A DNA stretch of 32,000 nt, taken from positions 330,001 through 362,000 of the forward strand of contig NC_017856.1 of the NCBI RefSeq assembly GCF_000260965.1, in the 5' to 3' direction. Source of the DNA: Methylophaga frappieri (GTDB lineage: Bacteria > Pseudomonadota > Gammaproteobacteria > Nitrosococcales > Methylophagaceae). Position numbers and translations under genes: made by a program. Below, piece by piece: positions 1 to 7,371 of this stretch; within the stretch, counting starts at the first letter, position 1, and each line of letters starts with the position of its first letter. A model generated the notes under the pieces. It was not told the DNA's origin and ran no database searches. It worked only from the letters and a program-made list of their open reading frames with translations.

Positions 1-542
1 TTGGGGTGTCGAGAGTAATACCACAGACCGTCTTCGCAAACCTGACCACGATTCGTCGGATCATTCACAAAACGTTTTAACTGATAATCCGCGGCAGTGA
101 CCCCGATAAAGGCGCTGATAAACACCATGACGGCGAGGCCATGAAACCAGCCGAAATCAGCCGTTTGGCTATTTGTAATAATGTAAATGGGCAAGGTGAA
201 TGCCCAGACGAGTAAAGCCTGAAACTGAAAAAACCAGAAATAGTACGTATCTGCACGTGTTCCCCAATATTGCCGGAGATATCGATAACGCCCTTCCTCT
301 TCACTTCCAAAGACGCGCTTGGCCAAATGCATGCCAAGCCGAACATACCACATCGACATCATTAGGCCAGCAAGCCACTTCAGCCATAGCGTGCCCTCTC
401 CTGTCACGGCATAAAACAGTGCCAATATCGATAAGCCAAATGCCCATAACACATCTACCACACCCGCATTCTGACGCTTTTTTTGCCACAACCACCCTAA
501 GCTCATGATAATTACGGCAAACGCGAAACTAAGCCACAACAT
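1..542 (-). CDS. DUF1295 / steroid-5-alpha-reductase-like integral membrane protein (3' end runs off the window)
   Basis: This minus-strand frame is missing from the ORF track because it has no stop inside the window. Manual translation from ATG 542 (alternative ATG 506) gives MLWLSFAFAVIIMSLGWLWQKKRQNAGVVDVLWAFGLSILALFYAV...GRYRYLRQYWGTRADTYYFWFFQFQALLVW...DYQLKRFVNDPTNRGQVCEDGLWYYSRHP. It is multi-TM and ends in the W.YSRHP motif typical of DUF1295. The start overlaps the upstream DUF2878 stop by 14 nt. Confidence 0.7.
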   Translation of the reverse strand, partial: MLWLSFAFAVIIMSLGWLWQKKRQNAGVVDVLWAFGLSILALFYAVTGEGTLWLKWLAGLMMSMWYVRLGMHLAKRVFGSEEEGRYRYLRQYWGTRADTYYFWFFQFQALLVWAFTLPIYIITNSQTADFGWFHGLAVMVFISAFIGVTAADYQLKRFVNDPTNRGQVCEDGLWYYSRHP

Positions 543-1068
543 TCGCTGCCTCCACTTCTTTTTGTTGCCAGTCCCGTGCCAATTTAAATAATAGCGGTAA
601 CACCACGGCCCAGCTAAACGCTGCTGCCAGTGCCATCGGAATAGGCATTAACCACGTTACGGCACCAAGTTTTTGACCAGCCAGATAAGACAGTGGACTT
701 GCAACAAAGGCACATATCGCCGCCAGCCAGGCTCGTTCACGTAACCAAGACAACGAGTGATTCAGGGTCAGAACAAAAACGCACCATAAACACAACACCC
801 AAATCGGCGCTAAAGGCGGCCACTGCTGTGACGCGTAGGCCATTAAACCGGTAGCGGACCACAGTGAATCGAGTATTAGTCCAGTCAGTACACCAACAAT
901 CACCAGTTTGCTGTCACTTTTAGGACAATGGCTAAAACGAAAGTGAATTGCGACAAATAAGATTGTGACCAACAATGCCAGCCAATTAAGCTGATAGGCG
1001 CCAGCCAGTACACAGCCCAGCCAGCCAATCTGAAACAGCACAAAGTTGATCACTTGCCGATGCGCCAT
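529..1068 (-). CDS. DUF2878-like small polytopic membrane protein
   Basis: 179-aa ORF that is almost entirely hydrophobic helices. Its ATG lies 1 nt after the CFA-like stop (TGA-T-ATG). Its position between the CFA-like and DUF1295 genes matches the conserved cfa-like cluster as I remember it. Family name not verified by a search. Confidence 0.6.
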   Translation of the reverse strand: MAHRQVINFVLFQIGWLGCVLAGAYQLNWLALLVTILFVAIHFRFSHCPKSDSKLVIVGVLTGLILDSLWSATGLMAYASQQWPPLAPIWVLCLWCVFVLTLNHSLSWLRERAWLAAICAFVASPLSYLAGQKLGAVTWLMPIPMALAAAFSWAVVLPLLFKLARDWQQKEVEAANVVA

Positions 1069-1069
1069 A

Positions 1070-2335
1070 TCAGGCTACCCACTGCGATCGACGATTATCG
1101 GGCTTGGCAAATAACAACTGCACATCACCAATGGTGCGCTCCGCAAAGCCCCCCTCGCAGTAGCACAGATAAAACTCCCACATACGAATAAATTCGTCTG
1201 GATAACCCTGACGTCTTATCGTATCCAGTTGTGACATAAATCGGTGGCGCCATTCAGCCAGTGTTAAGGCATAACTTGGACCAATATCTTCAAGGTTAAT
1301 TAATCGCAACCGCGATGCGGCGGCGGATTCGGTCAACACGCAGACACTAGGAATAAAGCTACCGGGAAAAATATAACGCTTGATAAAATCGACTGATTTA
1401 ACCGCCTGGTCATAACGATGATCGGCAATCGTAATAGCCTGAATGATCGCCAAGCCATCCGTTGCTAATAACGCACTGCAACATTCAAAATAATCATCCA
1501 GATAGTGATGCCCCACTGCTTCGACCATCTCAATCGAGACTAATTTGTCATATTCGCCGGTTAACTCACGGTAATCCTGCATCAATACCGTCACTTGATT
1601 TTGCAGACCGGCTTGTTTTATCCGTGCATTTACGTAGTCAAACTGTGCTTGAGAAATAGTTGTAGTCGTCACCCGACAACCATAGTGCTTAGCTGCAAAA
1701 ATAGCACATCCGCCCCAACCCGTGCCGATTTCCAGCAAATGATCGCTGGCTTGCAGATCTAACTTGTCACATAAGCGTTGCAGCTTCTGATGTTGGGCCT
1801 GCTCCAAGGTGTCCTCATTTCGTAGGTATAAACCTGATGAATACATCATCCAGTCTTTATCCAGAAACAGGGAAAACAAATCATTACCAAGGTCGTAATG
1901 GGCGGCAATATTTTTACGGCTGCCCCTGAGATTATTGCGGTTTCGATCATGCCAGGCACGCAGTACCCAGCCAGCAATTCGGGCTGGACCGTGTTCGACC
2001 GCATCACTTAAGTCGAGGTTACGCGCCATGATTCGAATCAGTCCGGTCAAGTCACTGCAATGCCATTCACCGGCCATATAGGACTCGGCCACGCCAATAC
2101 TGCCGGCTTGTACCAGAGAGCGAAAAAATCGTGGGTGATACACCGTCAGCGTCACCTTTATATCCGCCTCACTATCACCAAATTGATAAGCGCTTTCAGT
2201 CGTGTGCAAATAAATGCAGCCATGCCGGATTCGACTAAGCTGCCGGTGCACCAGTCGTTGATAAAATCTCGTCAACCAATCGGTGTTGGTTGCTTTATCT
2301 TTGCTTGTGAGCGGACGATTCATGGGTTTCTCCAT
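1070..2335 (-). CDS. Cyclopropane-fatty-acyl-phospholipid synthase family SAM-dependent methyltransferase
   Basis: 421-aa ORF with the SAM-binding motif LLEIGTGWGGCAIFAAKHYGCRV and the CFA/mycolic-acid-synthase-type C-terminus (FIRMWEFYLCYCEGGF). A second ATG at 2323 has a better SD (GGAGAAACCC-ATG), so the start may be 2323. Confidence 0.9.
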   Translation of the reverse strand: MEKPMNRPLTSKDKATNTDWLTRFYQRLVHRQLSRIRHGCIYLHTTESAYQFGDSEADIKVTLTVYHPRFFRSLVQAGSIGVAESYMAGEWHCSDLTGLIRIMARNLDLSDAVEHGPARIAGWVLRAWHDRNRNNLRGSRKNIAAHYDLGNDLFSLFLDKDWMMYSSGLYLRNEDTLEQAQHQKLQRLCDKLDLQASDHLLEIGTGWGGCAIFAAKHYGCRVTTTTISQAQFDYVNARIKQAGLQNQVTVLMQDYRELTGEYDKLVSIEMVEAVGHHYLDDYFECCSALLATDGLAIIQAITIADHRYDQAVKSVDFIKRYIFPGSFIPSVCVLTESAAASRLRLINLEDIGPSYALTLAEWRHRFMSQLDTIRRQGYPDEFIRMWEFYLCYCEGGFAERTIGDVQLLFAKPDNRRSQWVA

Positions 2336-3101
2336 TCATAGACCTGGCACCATCCTGATGACGCCGTCCTGGATGTTCAACGAAGGGAATACGTTTGCAC
2401 CAAAGCCGCAACGCTTGCCAGTAAATCCGGACGATGACACGCAATGTTTGCATCGGATACTGCAATGGCAAACGACGCATGGCTTTTGCTGTCAGTGCCT
2501 GATGTTGCATCTGTAGGGTCGCGTCAAATTGACGCTGATCGTCTTGAAACAATGCCATCGCAATGTGCAGTCGATCTGACTCAAGCAGAAAACGCCATTC
2601 ATAATGCTGGTTCATGGCCATAAAAGGGGACACATGAAACTGCTTTTCAAAGCGAAAAGACAGTGTCTGTTTTTGAGATTGACTCACTTCAAGAAGGTAA
2701 CAATGCCGCTCATTCCACGGTGTATTGTTTATTTCCGCGACAATATATTGCAATTGTTCTTGCTGGTAACAAAAGTAAAAGCTGACGGGATTAAAAATCA
2801 CATTTAAATAACGCGGGTGACTGAGTAATTTGATTGTACCTGCAAAGGATTCACCACTTCGTTGCTTAATTAATTCACAGACAGCTGTTTTGAGATCTCT
2901 GGCCGGATGACGCAAATAGTCTCGACGATAAAAACTGATGAAATTTAGTTTTTCCAAAGACCAGAGCCGACTTTTTGCAAATTGCGCCGGCAAACTATCC
3001 AAGTCCAGTAGCAACATCGCTATCGGATAATCAAAAGCGTGAGCTTTGGGGAGATAACGCTGGTGTCGAAGCCAGCCGTTGTAGAGTCCATCAGCGAGCA
3101 T
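2295..3101 (-). CDS. DUF1365 family protein
   Basis: ORF with MLADGLYNGWLRHQRYLPKAHAFDYPIAMLLLDLDSL..., the typical DUF1365 N-terminus. ATG at 3101; the ORF track uses TTG at 3116. It overlaps the upstream oxidase stop by 11 nt and the downstream CFA-like start by 29-41 nt. Confidence 0.75.
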   Translation of the reverse strand: MLADGLYNGWLRHQRYLPKAHAFDYPIAMLLLDLDSLPAQFAKSRLWSLEKLNFISFYRRDYLRHPARDLKTAVCELIKQRSGESFAGTIKLLSHPRYLNVIFNPVSFYFCYQQEQLQYIVAEINNTPWNERHCYLLEVSQSQKQTLSFRFEKQFHVSPFMAMNQHYEWRFLLESDRLHIAMALFQDDQRQFDATLQMQHQALTAKAMRRLPLQYPMQTLRVIVRIYWQALRLWCKRIPFVEHPGRRHQDGARSMNGETHESSAHKQR

Positions 3102-4353
3102 TATCAGCCCACTCAACAGTCTGATTTATCGCATCGACTACACGCAAAGCACTATTAATACCATCTTCATGAAAGCCCCACCCCCAATAGGCACCACAAA
3201 AATAAGTGTGTTGTTTTCCTGCCAGCAGCGGCCATTTTTTTTGAGCAGCCAATGTTGCCTGGTTATAGACCGGATGAAAGTAGCGACGTCTCAAAAAAAC
3301 GGTATCCGGGTTGACCAAATGGTCGCTGTTTAAAGACACAATAAAATCTACCGGCGCATCCAGGTTTTGCAGCGTATTCATATGGTAATTGACCGTACAT
3401 TGCTGAGCCAGCTCCGGGGCAACACGGACATTCCAGCTGGCAACAGCGGCGGTAGTTTTGGGTAATACCGAAGGATCACTGTGCAACAACATCTCATTTT
3501 GCTGAAAACGGATGTTGCCAAGGACCGCGGCCTCATCGGTTGAGGGTTTCGCCAACATTCGCAGCGCTTGATCAGCATGCGTGGCAATAACCACTTTATC
3601 AAACCGTCTCTGTTCCCCATCCACCATAATCGCCACCCCGGTTTCATCACGATGGATAGCATTAACCGCAGCATTGTTATGGAAGACAGCATCACAGCGG
3701 TCAATGAGTTGAGATACGTACGAATTCGAACCACCAGAAACCACCCGCCATTGCGGTCGTTTCCACAAATTCAGCATTTGGTGATTGTGTAAAAACTCAA
3801 TGAAATAACGTGCCGGAAAGTCACGAATCGACCGGCCCGGTCCAGACCACAACGCACAGGCCATGGGTAATAAATGATCCTCAATAAAAATGTCGCTGTA
3901 ATGGTGCTGCTTAAGATACATAGCCAAAGTCAGTGATTCATCATCACGCGTCAGCATCTCTGGGGCGCGACGATAAAAACGCACAATGTCAGCCAACATG
4001 CGATAAAAACGCGGGTTGACCAGATTCCGACGCTGGCAAAACAACCTGTTTAAATCAGTCGCATTGTATTCCAGGCCGGTTTCCATATTGCTAACCGAGA
4101 AACTCATGGTGGTTGGTTGACTGTCAACATCCAAAGTATTGAGTAACCGACTGAAGTTAGGATAGTTTTGATTATTAAAAACAATAAAACCCGTATCGAT
4201 TCGGTAAGTTTTATCAGCATAATCAATATCATGCGTATCCGTATGACCACCCAGATAATCATTAGCCTCAAACACCTCGACCTGATGCCGAGGGCTCAAG
4301 TAATAAGCGGCACTAAGACCCGCTATGCCAGCACCAACGACTGCCACTCTCAT
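3091..4353 (-). CDS. NAD(P)/FAD-binding amine-oxidase / phytoene-desaturase-like oxidoreductase
   Basis: 420-aa ORF. The N-terminal Rossmann dinucleotide motif is MRVAVVGAGIAGLSAAYYLS...VEVFEANDYLGGH. Its ATG overlaps the desaturase stop (ATGA). Confidence 0.85.
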   Translation of the reverse strand: MRVAVVGAGIAGLSAAYYLSPRHQVEVFEANDYLGGHTDTHDIDYADKTYRIDTGFIVFNNQNYPNFSRLLNTLDVDSQPTTMSFSVSNMETGLEYNATDLNRLFCQRRNLVNPRFYRMLADIVRFYRRAPEMLTRDDESLTLAMYLKQHHYSDIFIEDHLLPMACALWSGPGRSIRDFPARYFIEFLHNHQMLNLWKRPQWRVVSGGSNSYVSQLIDRCDAVFHNNAAVNAIHRDETGVAIMVDGEQRRFDKVVIATHADQALRMLAKPSTDEAAVLGNIRFQQNEMLLHSDPSVLPKTTAAVASWNVRVAPELAQQCTVNYHMNTLQNLDAPVDFIVSLNSDHLVNPDTVFLRRRYFHPVYNQATLAAQKKWPLLAGKQHTYFCGAYWGWGFHEDGINSALRVVDAINQTVEWADNAR

Positions 4354-5282
4354 GGCATCGCTCGCTGGGATATTTTTCTTTGCTCACGCCGGCTTTCGGG
4401 TATGGTTTTGACATCCCAGATGAGTCCGGTTTTCTCCATGAGTTTGAGTAAATAAAAACTGAAATCCACTTCCCACCAGTAAAAGCCTTGCCTGGCAGAG
4501 GCAGGATAATGGTGATGGTTGTTATGCCAGCCTTCGCCTAAGGTCAGCAGGGCCAGCCAAAAATTATTTCGACTGTCGTCCCGTGTTTGGTAGCGTTTTT
4601 TACCAAACCGATGAGCCAAAGAATTAATGGCCAAGGTCGCATGCAGCATCAGCACGGTTGAAATGAAATAGCCCCAGACCAGCATTTGAGCACCGCTGGT
4701 TTGCGTTGCTGGAAAATATTTGCCCAGAACCGCTCCAAAAACAAACAATCCTGCTGCCAGTAAAACCGGCACAACGATATCGAAACGATCTAACCAGCGC
4801 AGTTCCGGGTATCGCATCAAATCAGGCACCAGCGTGGTATCTGCAGTAAAGTGTTGATCTGCTAAAAACCAACCCATATGACTCCAAAACAAACCTTCAT
4901 TGGGCGAATGCGGATCTTCAGGCTGATCAGCATGACGATGATGTTGACGGTGATGCGCTGCCCACCATATCGGACCACGTTGTGTGGCGCTGGCACCAAT
5001 TAGCGCAAAGATGAATTGCACAATTCGCGAAGTCTTAAATGCTTTGTGAGAAAAAAAACGATGATAAAAAGCCGTGATGGCAAACATCCGTAAAAGATAG
5101 AGCAACAAAGCAACCAGTACCGCAGACAAAGAAACACCGACCCAAAACACCGCAAAACAGGCCAAATGTAAGGCAATAAAAGGCACCACTCTGAGCCAGT
5201 CAATTTTTTTCGAATCACCTGGTAACGGCGACTCAGCTTGACTATCAAACCATTGAATAATTGCTTTCATGAAAGAATCCAT
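4350..5282 (-). CDS. Membrane acyl-CoA (delta-9-type) fatty acid desaturase
   Basis: Three histidine boxes are present: HRFFSH, HHRQHHRH and HNNHHHYP, with flanking TM segments. The ORF track extends to GTG 5351, but that extension runs through a large inverted repeat (5312..5363). I prefer ATG 5282 (MDSFMKAIIQWFD...) or ATG 5270. Confidence 0.85.
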   Translation of the reverse strand: MDSFMKAIIQWFDSQAESPLPGDSKKIDWLRVVPFIALHLACFAVFWVGVSLSAVLVALLLYLLRMFAITAFYHRFFSHKAFKTSRIVQFIFALIGASATQRGPIWWAAHHRQHHRHADQPEDPHSPNEGLFWSHMGWFLADQHFTADTTLVPDLMRYPELRWLDRFDIVVPVLLAAGLFVFGAVLGKYFPATQTSGAQMLVWGYFISTVLMLHATLAINSLAHRFGKKRYQTRDDSRNNFWLALLTLGEGWHNNHHHYPASARQGFYWWEVDFSFYLLKLMEKTGLIWDVKTIPESRREQRKISQRAMP

Positions 5283-5311
5283 AATGCGTGAAGTCAAAGT
5301 ACGTTGCTTAC

Positions 5312-5363
5312 CGTGAATTACGTGTGAAAGCATCCCTGTCTTGATTTTCACCGCAATTTCACG
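5312..5363. promoter_or_regulatory. Imperfect 18/19-nt inverted repeat in the divergent control region / desaturase leader
   Basis: Arm 1 is cgtgaattacgtgtgaaa (5312..5329). Arm 2 is ttttcaccgcaatttcacg (5345..5363), reverse complement CGTGAAATTGCGGTGAAAA. About 16 of 19 aligned positions match, and the spacer is 15 nt. A further CGTGAA copy lies at 5287. Confidence 0.5.
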
Positions 5364-5411
5364 ATTAACACGTTCAAATGAAATAACTTTTCAGGTCAGG
5401 ATGTCGCTAAG

Positions 5412-5957
5412 ATGAAATTATTTTGGTTGGTATTGGCGTTGTTTACGCTTACCGCCTGCTCCGGAGGTCATCATGCTATGTATTACACCGCTTATCAAAA
5501 TGCTTTGAGTAAGACCAACAGTGCGCCAGCGCCTGACAATGCCGATCAGTTATTCCGCAATGTGTTTAACAATCTGCAGTCTGCCGACCTGCATGCGGCA
5601 ATAGATGAAAGCTACGCTAAACAATTCTATTTCAACGACACCTTTAAAACCATCACAGACAGTGCCTCACTTAAGGACTACCTAAGTAAAACCGGCAGGG
5701 CAGTGACAAAGTTTGAAGTCACCCTCGAAGACGTTGTGCAAAGCGATGAAGATGTTTACGTTCGATGGACGATGACGATGCAATTTAAGGTACTGGGTAA
5801 AACTATTGATAGTCATTCTGTTGGCATGTCACACCTTCGCTTTAACGAGGCAGGACAGATTATTGTACATCAGGATTTCTGGGACGGTGCGGATGCGTTT
5901 TACCAGCATCTTCCTGTGGTTGGCTTTTGGGTTCGGGCAATCAGGAATCGGTTATGA
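5412..5957 (+). CDS. NTF2/SnoaL-like lipoprotein
   Basis: 181-aa ORF. The signal peptide has a lipobox (MKLFWLVLALFTLTAC-SGG). The C-terminal half (DVYVRWTMTMQFKVLGKTIDSHSVGMSHLRFNEAGQIIVHQDFWD) resembles the SnoaL/NTF2 fold. Confidence 0.65.
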   Translation: MKLFWLVLALFTLTACSGGHHAMYYTAYQNALSKTNSAPAPDNADQLFRNVFNNLQSADLHAAIDESYAKQFYFNDTFKTITDSASLKDYLSKTGRAVTKFEVTLEDVVQSDEDVYVRWTMTMQFKVLGKTIDSHSVGMSHLRFNEAGQIIVHQDFWDGADAFYQHLPVVGFWVRAIRNRL

Positions 5958-6490
5958 AAAAGTGGTTACCCTTTTCGCTTATTCTGCCCCTGATGCTCCC
6001 CGTACAGGCAGTGGCCTTCCAACCAACCATCACTTTGCAACAGGATACGCTCAGCCTCTGCGCCAGTTCACCAATGAAGAAAATGCTGTTTGATTTGGGC
6101 GAGGTGGCTTTATATGCATTAGATTGCCAGTCACTGAGTGCGGAGTCGCTGACTGATCAACCGGTTTATCTCAGCTTTCGTTATGCACGTAGTTTTGATG
6201 CTGAAGACTTTATTGATTCATCAGAAACACTTATTCGACGTAACAGTGATGCTGATAAGTTTGCCCAAATTGCCGCATCACTGAGTGCTTTTAACGCCAA
6301 TTATGAAGCCATTTCAGATGGGGAAAGATACGATATTGGCTGGTCCGAACAAACTGGCTTGATATTGAAAAAAAATGATCGCCTGCTAAGCCAGAGTGAT
6401 TCTGCCCAACTTGCCGATGTTTATTTCCGTATCTGGTTTGGTGACAAACCATTTAGTACCCGTTTAAAAAACAACTTGCTGCCTGATTAA
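5954..6490 (+). CDS. Exported chalcone-isomerase-fold (CHI-like) protein
   Basis: The start is ATG 5954 with SD AGGAA 6 nt upstream, overlapping the preceding stop as ATGA. The signal peptide is MKKWLPFSLILPLMLPVQA. The C-terminal ...YFRIWFGDKPFSTRLKNNLL resembles bacterial CHI-like family proteins found in cfa-like clusters (from memory). Confidence 0.55.
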   Translation: MKKWLPFSLILPLMLPVQAVAFQPTITLQQDTLSLCASSPMKKMLFDLGEVALYALDCQSLSAESLTDQPVYLSFRYARSFDAEDFIDSSETLIRRNSDADKFAQIAASLSAFNANYEAISDGERYDIGWSEQTGLILKKNDRLLSQSDSAQLADVYFRIWFGDKPFSTRLKNNLLPD

Positions 6491-7371
6491 TCTGCCGTCG
6501 CCGAATTCGGATTGATTAATTTTTGCACTCCCGGATGAGATTGAAGCGCTGCTAAGGCCTTATCGTTGGTGATTTCATCTCGATAACTTTCGCTACGCTG
6601 GATGGCTTCCGATAAATAATGTATCGCTTCTTCGTACTGCTCCATTCCCGTATGCGCACAGGCCAATTGGTAGAAAGCATGACTATTTTCCGGATCAACA
6701 AGTAGGGCTTGATGGCACAAATTTGATGCCCATTGCGGTTCTCCCAGTTCCAGCACTGCATCTGCTTTATAAGTTAGCGCCTCTACGTCATCGCGTTTAA
6801 TCTTCAAAATTTGATCGTAAATACCAATTTTATGTGCAGCGCTATTTTCCTGTGCTGCCCGTAGCCATAAGGATTGCAGCCCCTGAGTTCGTTCGATTTC
6901 TTCGCGGTTTTCTTCAATATGTTGGGTTTTCTGGTTAAGCTGCTGCTCAATCGCATGCAGACGACGCTCATACTCACTAACCAGTTTAGAAATTTCTTCA
7001 TCAGCGAGCGAATGCACGCGTTCACGAATCTCACGTATCGAAGTCCAACCTACTAAAACCAGAATTGACGTGGCGCCGGCAATCAGATAGAAAAAATAGG
7101 TCACCGTATTGGTGGCATAGCTGACTGCCTTATCCACGGCATTAATTTCGCGGTCAACAATCTGCTGCGTCATTTCATGACGTTGCGCCGCCATCTCTGT
7201 ACGCAGCTGTTTCAATTCATCCAAAACGTAACGTTCGATAAACGGCGAGTAGACAGGTGCATCAAGCGTTTCTACTTGCTGTTCAAAGTCCGCTGGTAGC
7301 GTTTCGTCGGTCTCTGCTCCTACGCATAGCGGACAGAGTAATAACAAAACAAGGGTTAACCTGCCAAACAT
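6487..7371 (-). CDS. Bitopic membrane protein with coiled-coil and C-terminal TPR repeats
   Basis: 294-aa ORF. It has a signal-like N-terminus (MFGRLTLVLLLLCPLCVGA), an internal TM (VTYFFYLIAGATSILVLVGW), a charged heptad-rich segment (EEISKLVSEYERRLHAIEQQLNQKTQHIEENREEIER) and TPR-like repeats (AFYQLACAHTGMEQYEEAIHYLSEAIQ). Its ATG lies 16 nt inside the end of ask. Confidence 0.7.
   Translation of the reverse strand: MFGRLTLVLLLLCPLCVGAETDETLPADFEQQVETLDAPVYSPFIERYVLDELKQLRTEMAAQRHEMTQQIVDREINAVDKAVSYATNTVTYFFYLIAGATSILVLVGWTSIREIRERVHSLADEEISKLVSEYERRLHAIEQQLNQKTQHIEENREEIERTQGLQSLWLRAAQENSAAHKIGIYDQILKIKRDDVEALTYKADAVLELGEPQWASNLCHQALLVDPENSHAFYQLACAHTGMEQYEEAIHYLSEAIQRSESYRDEITNDKALAALQSHPGVQKLINPNSATAD

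Noticed and set aside
77-508. Three small ORFs (77-346 minus, 200-508 plus, 301-495 minus) at the left edge.
   Set aside because: Their translations are low-complexity and not protein-like. A third minus-strand frame, open to the window edge, encodes a convincing DUF1295 membrane protein that explains the region.
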